From sequence record OP953026.1: a stretch of DNA of 64,000 nt; one strand, written 5' to 3'. Both the position numbers and the translations under genes were made by a program. The notes beneath the pieces were generated by a model, which was not told the origin of the DNA, did not search any database, and was given only the letters and a program-made list of their open reading frames with translations. Below, piece after piece: positions 36,128-46,304 of this stretch (position 1 is its first letter; each line of letters opens with the position of its first letter).

Positions 36128-36710
36128 AGTTACAGATAGCGATAACATGATCATGGATGCAATGCAAGCCATGGTTAACATTCATCAGAAAGAGACACCT
36201 ATTGTTCATGAGGACGTTTTTGTAAAGAATATATTACCGTTACTTGAATGTCCATGGGCACCTGGTGCATTAGATGAATATCGTAAATATGTTCGTGAGC
36301 TATCAAATCCGTTACGCGTAGCAAGTGTAAATACCAAAGAAGCAGTTGTGCTTTTTACAGTTCCAGCACTCTATCCTCGTCCAAGTGTTGCAATCTCATC
36401 TGGTGAGAATGTTGCTAGCATTTCTAACGTAATGGATTATTATAATAAAGAACATAACCGTAATCCACGTGGTGGGTTTGCTAAAGAAGCGGCTCAATTC
36501 CTAGAGCGGTGTATTTATAATGAACCATTAGAAAAACAACTTCTACAAGTGTTAATCCAAATCTTAGCAGCATATGGTCGGGTATTAAAAAATACTGATG
36601 GTACTCCGTTATATGAGTTACCGAATGCATCTTCATCTAAATCTGGAGGTGTGCAAGTAGATACACCTGAGAATGATGAATGTGTTTACGGTGACGAATA
36701 TGAAGACTGA
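36102..36710 (+). CDS. Conserved hypothetical protein (gp64-like)
   Basis: Track ORF 36078-36710; probable start ATG 36102. Confidence 0.7.
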   Translation: MATPEPNTRVTDSDNMIMDAMQAMVNIHQKETPIVHEDVFVKNILPLLECPWAPGALDEYRKYVRELSNPLRVASVNTKEAVVLFTVPALYPRPSVAISSGENVASISNVMDYYNKEHNRNPRGGFAKEAAQFLERCIYNEPLEKQLLQVLIQILAAYGRVLKNTDGTPLYELPNASSSKSGGVQVDTPENDECVYGDEYED

Positions 36711-37839
36711 TAAAACAAAGAAACCTGGCATATTTCGATATTTAACAGTAGGCGATGTCCATATGGGGCATCGCCAAACCCCTACTGAATTAATCATCAA
36801 TAACTTTTGGAAAACTGTCCCTGATACAATTTTAAAAGATATTGATATGTTGATTATTACAGGGGATTTATTTGATCGCCAATTAAACAATGGTGATCCA
36901 GCTGCATACGCAATTGATAGATTTATTACAATACTTCTCTACAAATGTGAAATGTATAATGTAATGATCCGTATTGTTGAAGGGACTCCATCACACGATC
37001 GTGGGCAAATGCAGTTTTTCGTAGAACAAAAGAATAATGCTAATATTAAAGTTGATTTGCATTATTCAAAGATTCTCGATATCGAGTATATTGAGAAACT
37101 AGATGCATATTTCCTTTATGTCCCTGATAAATGGAATCCATCCACATCAGAGACTTTAAATCAAGTAAAAGATTTAATGCATAAGAAAGGTATATCTCAA
37201 GTTGACTTTACTATTTTACATGGTGCATTTAAACACCAGCTACCTAGCATTGTTGAAGAGCCAACACATGATCCAGATGAATATTTAGCATTAACTAAAT
37301 ATATGATCAATGGTGGACATGTTCATGAGATGTCTATCTATGAACGCATTTTAGCTGCCGGTGGATTTGACCGATTAAGTCACAACGATGAAATTCCAAA
37401 AGGATTATTTGATGTTGTGGTGAAAGAAAATGGCGAATGGACTGCTACATTCCTTGAGAATAAGGGTGCGCGTAGATATGATACTTTGAATGTCCATGGA
37501 ATGGATACTAAGCAACTTAATTACACTGTTAAAGAACATATCAAGACACTACCAACTAACTCTGCAATTAGGTTAAGATGTAATCCAGGTGATGTAGCTA
37601 CTGGTGATCTCGATACATTTCAAAATGAATATCCTAATTTTTCATGGAGTATCTTAATTGAAAAAGTTACTACAAAGAAAAATACTGTGTCAGATAGCCT
37701 AAAGAATTTTGATTTATCAGAATTTTTGGATATAACTCCAGAAAGTATTTCTGATTTAATTATTCCAGATATTGAAAAATTTACAGCGGACGCTGCTCAG
37801 ATCCAGCGGGTATTGGGATTATTGACAGAGTTCAAATAA
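36700..37839 (+). CDS. SbcD/Mre11-like metallophosphoesterase nuclease (phiKZ gp65)
   Basis: GDVH, GDLFD, GTPSHD, HG and GHVH calcineurin-like motifs. Confidence 0.88.
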   Translation: MKTDKTKKPGIFRYLTVGDVHMGHRQTPTELIINNFWKTVPDTILKDIDMLIITGDLFDRQLNNGDPAAYAIDRFITILLYKCEMYNVMIRIVEGTPSHDRGQMQFFVEQKNNANIKVDLHYSKILDIEYIEKLDAYFLYVPDKWNPSTSETLNQVKDLMHKKGISQVDFTILHGAFKHQLPSIVEEPTHDPDEYLALTKYMINGGHVHEMSIYERILAAGGFDRLSHNDEIPKGLFDVVVKENGEWTATFLENKGARRYDTLNVHGMDTKQLNYTVKEHIKTLPTNSAIRLRCNPGDVATGDLDTFQNEYPNFSWSILIEKVTTKKNTVSDSLKNFDLSEFLDITPESISDLIIPDIEKFTADAAQIQRVLGLLTEFK

Positions 37840-37851
37840 AAGGCAATAATA

Positions 37852-38682
37852 ATGGATATTATCGAGAGAGATGTAGGTGCTAATATTCCGATTAGCATTG
37901 GAACTTCTTTTGCTCTCGAAGGGCTTATAGGAACACATCCACAAAAGCCTAGACAACCAACTGATGTTAAGTCTATTAAAGAAATATGGATTAATGTCCG
38001 TACTCTTGCAAGAAATATGTGGCAGGCTATGAAGTCTGAACAACAAACTAATATTAACTTGGTTGCAGCAGTCGATGTTTTATTTCAAGAAGCACAAACA
38101 ATCCCGGTTGCTTTACGGCAATCGGGGATAAAAGCAACTGTAAAATATTACATTACTGGTCGAGATGCAGTGAAGTGGTTATTCCCTAAAGCTACATTTA
38201 AAGTATCACGAACACCGCAACAATTAGCTTATGATGTTTATGAACGATTTGTATCAATTGAACTATACCAGAAGTTAAAAGATACAGATTTAACTACAAT
38301 GGAAATATCTAATAAACCTCCAAAGGTTGAAGGTACTGTTTTACTATTAACCCATTTCCCACATGAACTATTATGGAAACCCCATTTTAATAGACTTCTT
38401 TTATTGGAATCCCATACGGGTAAAATAAAGACATACAACATGTGGTATACTAAACTAAATGGTTTAAAAGAAGATACTCCATTTCCTTTTACATCATTTG
38501 CTATACAGATATTTGGCGATAAACAATTACTTGAACCACAAGACAAAGCTATTCGTGCGCAATTAAAACAATTGGCACAATCTAGAAAATGGACAGGATT
38601 AACAACACCAGATAAAGTTCATCATGACATTACTGCTTATGGTTCTAAAGAGTTAAAAGAAGCATACAAGAAATTCAAATAG
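37852..38682 (+). CDS. Conserved protein, possibly a divergent 5'-3' nuclease (gp66-like)
   Basis: 276 aa in the core block; nuclease call is tentative. Confidence 0.55.
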   Translation: MDIIERDVGANIPISIGTSFALEGLIGTHPQKPRQPTDVKSIKEIWINVRTLARNMWQAMKSEQQTNINLVAAVDVLFQEAQTIPVALRQSGIKATVKYYITGRDAVKWLFPKATFKVSRTPQQLAYDVYERFVSIELYQKLKDTDLTTMEISNKPPKVEGTVLLLTHFPHELLWKPHFNRLLLLESHTGKIKTYNMWYTKLNGLKEDTPFPFTSFAIQIFGDKQLLEPQDKAIRAQLKQLAQSRKWTGLTTPDKVHHDITAYGSKELKEAYKKFK

Positions 38683-38768
38683 AAGAAATACTTGTTGCGA
38701 TAATATTACGTAGAAATCATTTCCCATCTAGTTAAAAGAATCTAGTTTTAATTTGGAGTTATCACATC

Positions 38769-39509
38769 ATGTCACAACAGCAGCCTAATGCACCCGTAGT
38801 TAACCCTTTTAACGTAATGAATACTTGGCTACATGCCAAACCATGTGAGGGTTCTCAAAAACGACCGACGCTACGATTTGGTCTGTTTAAAAACCAACCA
38901 CGGGTTACTGTTCGTACTAATGTACCTGGTGATAAAGACCATGGTAAAATTGAGTTCAATACTGACCTAGCAACCTTTGCATGTTTCATTAAGTTTGCAA
39001 TGGACTTAATTGAAGGTAAAACTGAAGATACTGAACGCGTCTTTGTTTACCGCAATAACTTCGTAGCTGGTAAAAAGCGTGATAATTTTATTGAGCTTTC
39101 TAAGCTACATGTTGGCCGTGCACAAGATGGTCGAATTTACATCGCAGTGCTGAGCACTCAACCTGATCGTCCAAAGATCAAATTCTTCTTTGGCCCGTCC
39201 CAATTCCATGATATCCGCAAAGCAGATGGTAGTCAGCTATCACCTAAGGAAATGTCTGATGCTTATGCATACGGTTTCCTAGACCCCGCATATAAACTAG
39301 TAATGCATCTTCTAGTAACTGAATTCGATCCAGATGCTAAAGGTGTATCTAACCCTGCTAATTTCAATCAGGGTAATGGTAATAGCGGTGGTTACAATAA
39401 CGGTGGTCAGCGCAATAACTATAACAACGGTGGCAATAATAGTTATGCTAAGCCGGCTAATAATAGTTATAATGACTCAGCTTTTGATGAGGATATGCCT
39501 TCCTTCTAA
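38769..39509 (+). CDS. chmC: ChmC-like nucleus-associated RNA-binding protein (phiKZ gp67)
   Basis: 246 aa; beta-rich core plus Asn/Gly-rich disordered tail; two genes upstream of PicA. Confidence 0.75.
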   Translation: MSQQQPNAPVVNPFNVMNTWLHAKPCEGSQKRPTLRFGLFKNQPRVTVRTNVPGDKDHGKIEFNTDLATFACFIKFAMDLIEGKTEDTERVFVYRNNFVAGKKRDNFIELSKLHVGRAQDGRIYIAVLSTQPDRPKIKFFFGPSQFHDIRKADGSQLSPKEMSDAYAYGFLDPAYKLVMHLLVTEFDPDAKGVSNPANFNQGNGNSGGYNNGGQRNNYNNGGNNSYAKPANNSYNDSAFDEDMPSF

Positions 39510-39576
39510 AACATATTTCGGTGCTTACTCTCGAAGTAGGCACCGATATGCCCTCAGCACTAAATACCGTTATACT

Positions 39577-39601
39577 AAAAAAAATTTGAGATCTATATTA
39601 C
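39577..39601 (+). promoter_or_regulatory. Early promoter
   Basis: AAAAAAAATTTGAGATCTATATTAC. Confidence 0.85.
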
Positions 39602-39634
39602 TAACATGTATCTACATTGGTAAAAGAGGTTAAA

Positions 39635-41200
39635 ATGCAAATCATCGTTACAGGAGTTCAAGGTACTGGTTTTACTGAAGTGGCTACAGAACACAATGGT
39701 AAACGTTTAACTTGGACAACTACGGCTTATAGTAAAATCCGTGTACAAGATCAACAACGCGTATTCCAAGAAATCAATGATTATTGGAGTGGCCTAAGTG
39801 CTGAGACACAACAACATATCTGGAATTGTTATGTAGAAATTCGTAAGATCATGGATATGGCTATGGATCCGATGAGGATTGCAATGAGTCTATCCTATTA
39901 CATCAAAGAGATGTATAAAGCCATGCCGATGAACAGTTTTCGGCGATGGCTACTAACTATTGGTAAACTTTATATTCCAGTAGATATTGAAGAAGTTATC
40001 ACTGATGATTCACGATATAATCGACCAGATCAAACATATCTGAAACATGACTATATTAACCTTGCATCTGTATCACTAGCTCTTCGTCCTTTAGTACCTA
40101 TTTGGGGCGAGTTTATTGATCAGGGCACTTCTCAGGAAATGCATAAAGAGTGTGAAGTAATTAGTCTCATCTCGGATTGTGAGGTTAACCATTGGCCTGT
40201 TGATGAAATATCAATTGATGGAACTCCAGTAGAAACAGCTTATGATAAGCTAAGTGCATATGTTAAGTTTTGTGTAGAAGATGAAGCACCCACCTTAGCC
40301 AACCTTTATAGAGGTATGAGTTCAGCTGAAGTGCCGGATATCTTACAGGCTAAAGTTATGGTTAGGCGATTAACCATCCTACCATTAAACGATGCCACCT
40401 CACATTCCATCGTTTCAAATATGTTTAGATATGTTAAGTCAAATCTAAACCCTGCTGAACGATCAACTGCTGACCGGGTTAATGATAAACGGCCAGATAA
40501 AGGTGGTATTGATGATGATGATAAAACATCATTTATCGAATCGCATAAAACTAAACAGCGAGTTACTCCTGGTGATATCGTAGCTTATAACTTAGATGCT
40601 CTTGATGTAGTTAAACTGGTTCACAAAATCGATGACACTGTCCCAGTAGAGTTAATTCAGGAATGTCTAGATTGCGTTGCAGTTACAGCTACTAAAGATA
40701 TCTATCCACACCAGATATTACTTGCACAATGGGTGATGCACAAAGCTTTCCCTGCAAGAGCATTCAGCCACATTAATAAAAATGCAGTTAACCATTTGTT
40801 GGCAGCAGCTCAGTCACTAATGTGGCATTGGGGTTTCCAACAAGTTGCTGTATTTATGCAAGTAGAGTTGTATTATAGTGGTGAACATGCAATGTCCATT
40901 CAACCACGTAATAGTACACGTATTCAAATTAAATATAAGGATGTGATGGATGAACTTTATCCACATCAGCGACAACAACGAGCTATTAACGGTGTTCCAG
41001 TAGCACCTGTAAATATTGCGGGCATTGCTGTGCAATCTGCACATGCATCCATTAGATCTAGTAACTGGATCTATCATGGACCCGATCGTTTATTCAAAGA
41101 AGCAGAACAGGTAACTCAGAATAAAGTCCTTGTTGTACCGGCCACAATTAAGTCGGTGATCACCGAACTGGTAATTCATCTGGGTAAACTTAATCAGTAA
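39635..41200 (+). CDS. nvRNAP promoter-specificity (sigma-like) subunit (phiKZ gp68)
   Basis: About 520 aa; GAGG RBS before ATG 39635; conserved position. Confidence 0.85.
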   Translation: MQIIVTGVQGTGFTEVATEHNGKRLTWTTTAYSKIRVQDQQRVFQEINDYWSGLSAETQQHIWNCYVEIRKIMDMAMDPMRIAMSLSYYIKEMYKAMPMNSFRRWLLTIGKLYIPVDIEEVITDDSRYNRPDQTYLKHDYINLASVSLALRPLVPIWGEFIDQGTSQEMHKECEVISLISDCEVNHWPVDEISIDGTPVETAYDKLSAYVKFCVEDEAPTLANLYRGMSSAEVPDILQAKVMVRRLTILPLNDATSHSIVSNMFRYVKSNLNPAERSTADRVNDKRPDKGGIDDDDKTSFIESHKTKQRVTPGDIVAYNLDALDVVKLVHKIDDTVPVELIQECLDCVAVTATKDIYPHQILLAQWVMHKAFPARAFSHINKNAVNHLLAAAQSLMWHWGFQQVAVFMQVELYYSGEHAMSIQPRNSTRIQIKYKDVMDELYPHQRQQRAINGVPVAPVNIAGIAVQSAHASIRSSNWIYHGPDRLFKEAEQVTQNKVLVVPATIKSVITELVIHLGKLNQ

Positions 41201-41216
41201 TAATTGAGGTAGTTCT

Positions 41217-42890
41217 ATGTTAGGTTTTAATAATTCAGCAATGGGTGGTAATACTGAAGTACAGATTGAATCATTCATTCTAGTACAGACTGGTACTTAT
41301 CAACCTGAGCATGTTCGACCATTTACGGTAGAGGTCACTGAGAACTCTATTGAACGTTTAAAAGAAGCAACTAATGATGGTCGTAATCTAGGTGTTGCAG
41401 CTGTACAGCAAATTGCAGCTGATGTGATCGCACCACGTGCTCAAACTCAAGGCGAAGTCCCTATCGTCAATGGTTGGGGTGAACGCCGGTTTAGGTTCAT
41501 GATGAAAGTATGGGAGAATAACCGTTTCTTTGGTAATACCCGTACTTGCCGGATTCTATTTGGTTGCTCTGACCATTGCTCTATTAGTCCGCTTAGCAAT
41601 AGTCTAGATCCTAACATGCGTATCTATTTTAATAGTGAAACTGTTATTGTAGAGCGTCAACGACCAACTGAGTTTGGTGTGGTTAAACAAGCACATATCC
41701 TAGGTTCTAACCAGATCCTTGCACCCGTCGATATCATGAGTGATATTACTATCCCTCAGAACGGGTTTAGCATGTATACTGGAACTTCATCATATCTCCA
41801 ACGGCCAGAAGATGTTTTCCAGATTCAGCAAACGATGCAAGTAGCTAAACGCATTGAATCAACTGGACTACATCAAGGTGTATTTGACCGGATCATTGAT
41901 CAACGTTCCAGTGTTGGTGAAGCAGGTACTTTCCAATATTCAAATCGCCGTGATACTTCTCCTACTCGTTATCTATCTAGTACTCTTAATGCATGGCAGC
42001 ATTCTGTTAAAGAAGCTGAGATGGCTAATAATGATAACGATAATATCTTTGGAGGTGTCTCTGATGAAGTGATGCTAGGCGATGCATCTGCTGTACTTCG
42101 AAATCAAGATATCCATTCCAATATGTTCATGCGCATTCTAAAAGAACGCTGCAATTACATGGAACGTGGCTTTGTTACACTGGCTGACCTACAACGAGTA
42201 TTCCCTGAACTACTGGTTGATGGTGTAGTTAAAGCTGGTATGGATAATGGTAATTCTCAACGCTTCGTTAACCGAGCAGAGCATTCCATGCATTGGGGTG
42301 GTGCAGATCATCACACTGTTGCAGCATCTCTACTTGCACAAGTAGTTCCAGCAATCATGATGGATAACTATTTCCGGGTAACCTCCTTTGCAATTACAAA
42401 TGGACATGGAGCGAATAACTATCTATTCGAAATGCATCCAAATGGTACCAGGAGTATCATGGATGGAATTGATATGACTCCACAGATTAATGACTTTGAA
42501 CGTCGTCTTATTACCGATGCGATTAACAGTATCTCTTATGGTAACCAGATTCCGTTTAAAATTTCCATGCACTCTGACTTAGCTGGTGATACTGTTATTG
42601 ATATCAGTCTAAATCATGAATCGGTAGAACGATTCATCGCACCGACCTTCATTGATAGTCTGTTTAGTCCAGTCATTACTCGGGATGCATCTGCACCGGC
42701 TATGATCTCTAATGACCTTACCTATCTTGTTAAGAATGTTATCCCAACTAAGACTCAACAAAACATTCTAAACAGTAGTGGTCAGCCGGTTAACATGCAA
42801 CCGTATCAACATCCTGTAGCTCAACCTGCTCAAATCAATCCTAAATTTGGTGATAACAATGCCTACGATTTCTCTTTCCAAGTTCTATAG
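41217..42890 (+). CDS. picA: PicA/Imp1, phage nucleus protein-import factor (phiKZ gp69)
   Basis: 557 aa directly after gp68; GAGG RBS. Confidence 0.8.
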   Translation: MLGFNNSAMGGNTEVQIESFILVQTGTYQPEHVRPFTVEVTENSIERLKEATNDGRNLGVAAVQQIAADVIAPRAQTQGEVPIVNGWGERRFRFMMKVWENNRFFGNTRTCRILFGCSDHCSISPLSNSLDPNMRIYFNSETVIVERQRPTEFGVVKQAHILGSNQILAPVDIMSDITIPQNGFSMYTGTSSYLQRPEDVFQIQQTMQVAKRIESTGLHQGVFDRIIDQRSSVGEAGTFQYSNRRDTSPTRYLSSTLNAWQHSVKEAEMANNDNDNIFGGVSDEVMLGDASAVLRNQDIHSNMFMRILKERCNYMERGFVTLADLQRVFPELLVDGVVKAGMDNGNSQRFVNRAEHSMHWGGADHHTVAASLLAQVVPAIMMDNYFRVTSFAITNGHGANNYLFEMHPNGTRSIMDGIDMTPQINDFERRLITDAINSISYGNQIPFKISMHSDLAGDTVIDISLNHESVERFIAPTFIDSLFSPVITRDASAPAMISNDLTYLVKNVIPTKTQQNILNSSGQPVNMQPYQHPVAQPAQINPKFGDNNAYDFSFQVL

Positions 42891-44238
42891 TGATCAAGTA
42901 TTACCTGCTTTCCGATACAAAGTAGGTGAAGAGGATATGATCAGTATTCTCGATCCACTTGGTCGACCTGCACCTGCAAAGGTAGATGGTAAGCGACTAG
43001 TGGTACCTACTAAAGATTGGCTTCGTAAAGGGCTAGGCGATGATTACATCGCCTTCCACCCGCTATCTGAAAAGATCTCTCGGCTAGGTACTTCTCAAGT
43101 ACTACAGCATATGCAGCGTCAAGTTAAGGCTAATCTAATGTTTACTGTGAAGTATCTTACTTCACGTATTTTAGAAGTAGCTGCCGACTCCACTCTGCAT
43201 AAAGACATTCCACCAGAATGTTCAGACTTCCTAAAGAAACTATCCGGTGCTAAGCCAGATACCATTGAGTGGTTTAATAAGGTTGTCAAAGCTGCTGAAA
43301 AACGTTCACGTTTTGTAAGCGTGTATCTAAAAGCAAATGGTAAATTTGATGGGAAGACAGTTAACCGTATCTGCGTTATTCGGTTCCCTATCGTAGAGGA
43401 TCTTTATTCTAAAGATGATATCCTTGGAGTAAATGTACCTAAGAAACAGCGGCCAGTTCTAATCGAACTATTTAAACTAGTTGTACCATTTGGTGATTCA
43501 CCAACTGAATATTCAGCAGGAACAGTTGAGCGGGTAGCACCTTATTTTGTATGTCTTATCCAGGCATTTAACAAAATCACTACTCAACTAAATAGTGTTA
43601 TTGATAAGTATCGCCTGATCTTCGATGATGCTATTCAACCTTATTCAAAAGTTGATGAGAAGGTGATTGCTGATTTTGCAAAGATGCAACGTGAGATCCC
43701 CTCTCTTGATGGTAATGAAGGAGTCAGCAATGAAGTAGAAGAAGAAGCTTCTGAAACTGTAAACCCAGTTGCCCAAATTCCTGTCCAGAAAAAGGATAGT
43801 GTAGTTAAAGTGGGTAATACTGCTAAAGAACAAACTACTTCTACACGTGTACCAGTAGGCACAACTGTGAATGTTAATCCATCTATGAGTCAAGCTGTAG
43901 CAATGACTCAGGCACCTCAACGTCCCGCACAACAAGTTCAAACTAGCAATAAAGCATCTATCCAAGATCTTCTAAACGCTGGGCAGAAAAACCAATTTGC
44001 TCAACCCGGAATGATGCAACAACCTGTTATGATGAACAATAACTTTGCAATGCCTGGGATGATGCAGCCACAGCAACCAATGATGGCTAATATGCATCCG
44101 CAAATGATGCAACTCATGGGCAATCAAATGCCGATGGGTGGTGGATTTGCACAAGCACTAAACCCCGCTCTAGCTGGTAATGGTAACACCGCGATGATGA
44201 ATCTAGGTGGAAACCAAATGATGGGTCGTCTACTGTAA
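42859..44238 (+). CDS. Conserved chimallivirus protein (gp70-like) with a Met/Gln/Asn/Gly-rich C-terminal disordered region
   Basis: Folded N-terminus (FHPLSE...RVAPYF); last ~100 aa low complexity. Confidence 0.8.
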   Translation: MPTISLSKFYSDQVLPAFRYKVGEEDMISILDPLGRPAPAKVDGKRLVVPTKDWLRKGLGDDYIAFHPLSEKISRLGTSQVLQHMQRQVKANLMFTVKYLTSRILEVAADSTLHKDIPPECSDFLKKLSGAKPDTIEWFNKVVKAAEKRSRFVSVYLKANGKFDGKTVNRICVIRFPIVEDLYSKDDILGVNVPKKQRPVLIELFKLVVPFGDSPTEYSAGTVERVAPYFVCLIQAFNKITTQLNSVIDKYRLIFDDAIQPYSKVDEKVIADFAKMQREIPSLDGNEGVSNEVEEEASETVNPVAQIPVQKKDSVVKVGNTAKEQTTSTRVPVGTTVNVNPSMSQAVAMTQAPQRPAQQVQTSNKASIQDLLNAGQKNQFAQPGMMQQPVMMNNNFAMPGMMQPQQPMMANMHPQMMQLMGNQMPMGGGFAQALNPALAGNGNTAMMNLGGNQMMGRLL

Positions 44239-44279
44239 CACGGCATAAACCAGGGGGCCTAAGGGTCCCCTGGCTTGCT

Positions 44280-44654
44280 TTAAAACTTTTTAGTTTGATA
44301 TAAGCTAACGAGGTGTTGAATCATGTCGTTATTCGGTATGATTAAATAGCTGGTGTAATCATTAGCTGAAGGATCCCTTAGAACTTTACCAAAATCATAA
44401 GGGCTAACTAAACCATTAACACGCATTTGAATCCACCACATATCAGGATTGACACGGCGTTCTGCCATGTATCCATAAAAGTTTCCTTCGAACTGGTAAT
44501 ACAGTTCAGGTGGAATCTGAATACGTGTGGATCTGACATTACGTAAGATATTCAAATGAGTCTCAATAATTAATCTGAACCCTGGTTCATAATAAACAGA
44601 TTCACCTGAATCTGGCTGATTAGCTAACAGTGTGAATGCCATAATAAATTCCAA
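44280..44654 (-). CDS. Conserved small protein, possibly T4 gp53/LysM-like baseplate component
   Basis: FYGYMAERRVNPDMWWIQMRVNGLVSPYDF resembles the gp53 pattern; terminator at 44250-44273. Confidence 0.6.
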   Translation of the reverse strand: MEFIMAFTLLANQPDSGESVYYEPGFRLIIETHLNILRNVRSTRIQIPPELYYQFEGNFYGYMAERRVNPDMWWIQMRVNGLVSPYDFGKVLRDPSANDYTSYLIIPNNDMIQHLVSLYQTKKF

Positions 44655-44656
44655 TA

Positions 44657-44680
44657 AATTTTATTTAAGATCTATATCAT
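44657..44680 (+). promoter_or_regulatory. Early-type promoter
   Basis: AATTTTATTTAAGATCTATATCAT. Confidence 0.7.
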
Positions 44681-44706
44681 TGATTTGTAATTAGTAAACA
44701 GGAGGT

Positions 44707-44826
44707 ATGAGATTGGTGATACCAGACATTGAAGTCTTACAAAAGGCTATATCTAAAAACAGCGCAAATAAGAAATATAGTAGTACTGCATCTTGTCTAA
44801 TTAATGGTGATAAACAAAATGGCTGA
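44707..44826 (+). CDS. 39-aa leader ORF overlapping the nvRNAP start codon
   Basis: GGAGGT RBS; MRLVIPDIEVLQKAISKNSANKKYSSTASCLINGDKQNG*. Confidence 0.55.
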   Translation: MRLVIPDIEVLQKAISKNSANKKYSSTASCLINGDKQNG

Positions 44827-45997
44827 ACTAGGTAAACGTGAAATTGATCTAACCCTATTAGGGCATACTGGTTTAGATCCTTGGTATGGCACTACCTCAT
44901 CTGCACGGGGTGCTATGTTTGTAACACATATTGGCCAGGCACCAGAAGTAAATGGAAATGAATCGCGTTATTTCCTAACGGGTGCTGAATTAGAGTATGC
45001 CAAGTATACACATGATGTTCGTTTTCCTGAGGATTGTCGTGTACTACATGTTCTTAGAAAATATCCAACGGGTATTGGTAAAGACAGTATTAGATCTAAC
45101 CCGGTAACAACTATTATCTACGAAAACTATTTTGACAAATATAAAACCATTGGTGTCTTACATGTTCCCGAGTACATGAGTCATCACCAAGACTTTGGTT
45201 ATGAACTTGTAAAGAATCGAGAAGTGTGGGAAACCATTGCCCCAAATGAAATGTTCTCTAAAGACACAGTGATTGCACAGTCTGGTGCAGTTAAGAAAGA
45301 CGGTACTTTAGGGATGGGTGTTAATGCTAATGTTGTATTCCTATCTGCCGCTGGTACCATTGAAGATGGATTCGTAGCTAATAAGAATTTCCTTAAAAGG
45401 ATGATGCCAACTAGTTATAGCACGGCTGTAGCTAATGCTGGTAGGAAAGCTTTCTTCTTAAACATGTATGGCGATGATAAGGTCTATAAACCATTCCCAG
45501 ACATTGGCGATGTTATCCGACCAGATGGTGTAATCTTCGCCATCCGTGACCATGATGATGATCTAGCTCCTGCCGAGATGACTCCTAGGGCACTTCGTAC
45601 ACTAGATAGAACTTTCGATAGAGCTGTTATTGGCACACCTGGTGCGAAGGTTATTGATATTGATATTTGGCGTGATGAGCGTGTAAATCCATCCCCTACT
45701 CCAACAGGAATGGATGCACAACTAGTTAAATATCATACTCATCTTAGCAGTTATTATCGAGAACTATTAAAGATCTATCGTGGTCTATTAGCACGTCGTA
45801 AAGATGATCTACATATCACTGAGGAATTTGAACGTCTTATTGTAACTGCACAGATGTTCCTACCTCAACCTGATAATGTCCGTAAACTATCTCGATTCTA
45901 TCGACTAGACCCACTAGATGAATGGCGAGTCGAAGTAACTTACAAAGCCCAAAAGATGCCTGCTGGTGCTTTCAAGATGACTGATTTTCATGGTGGT
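44819..45997 (+). CDS. nvRNAP beta C-terminal subunit, exon 1 (phiKZ gp71)
   Basis: GTIEDG motif; exon ends KMTDFHGG and joins KGVIC. Confidence 0.88.
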
Positions 45998-46304
45998 AAT
46001 TAATATCCATCCATCTCTCAGGAATGGATATTGTCAAATTGCCTGCTTGATCTCGAAAGAGTCAAGTAAATCCTCTCTAATTGCTGGGACATCTCAATGA
46101 GACAATCAGCAGCGAAGCTTTCCAGAAATGGATTGAACGTTCAACGACTATCCGGTTACGCGGAGTACACTCAAGCGAGTGGAAATGGGAGGGACCTGAC
46201 CACCTAGGGTGAAGGTTAAGATATAGTCTGGTCTGCATGGTGACATGCAGCTGCCTGCAATACGAGAGGCGGGGTAAGCGTAGCGAACTTACCTGAACAT
46301 AACG
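45998..46304 (+). mobile_element. ORF-less group I intron (307 nt)
   Basis: P1 GGU|AAUU pairs with AAUUGCC (U.G at the splice site); P/Q/R/S elements as in intron 1; ends CTGAACATAACG. Confidence 0.9.

Noticed and set aside
45998-46003. Exon ending at AAT (HGGN|KGV)
   Set aside because: P1 pairing places the U.G pair at GGT|, and HGGKGV keeps the spacing of the HGNKGV motif.
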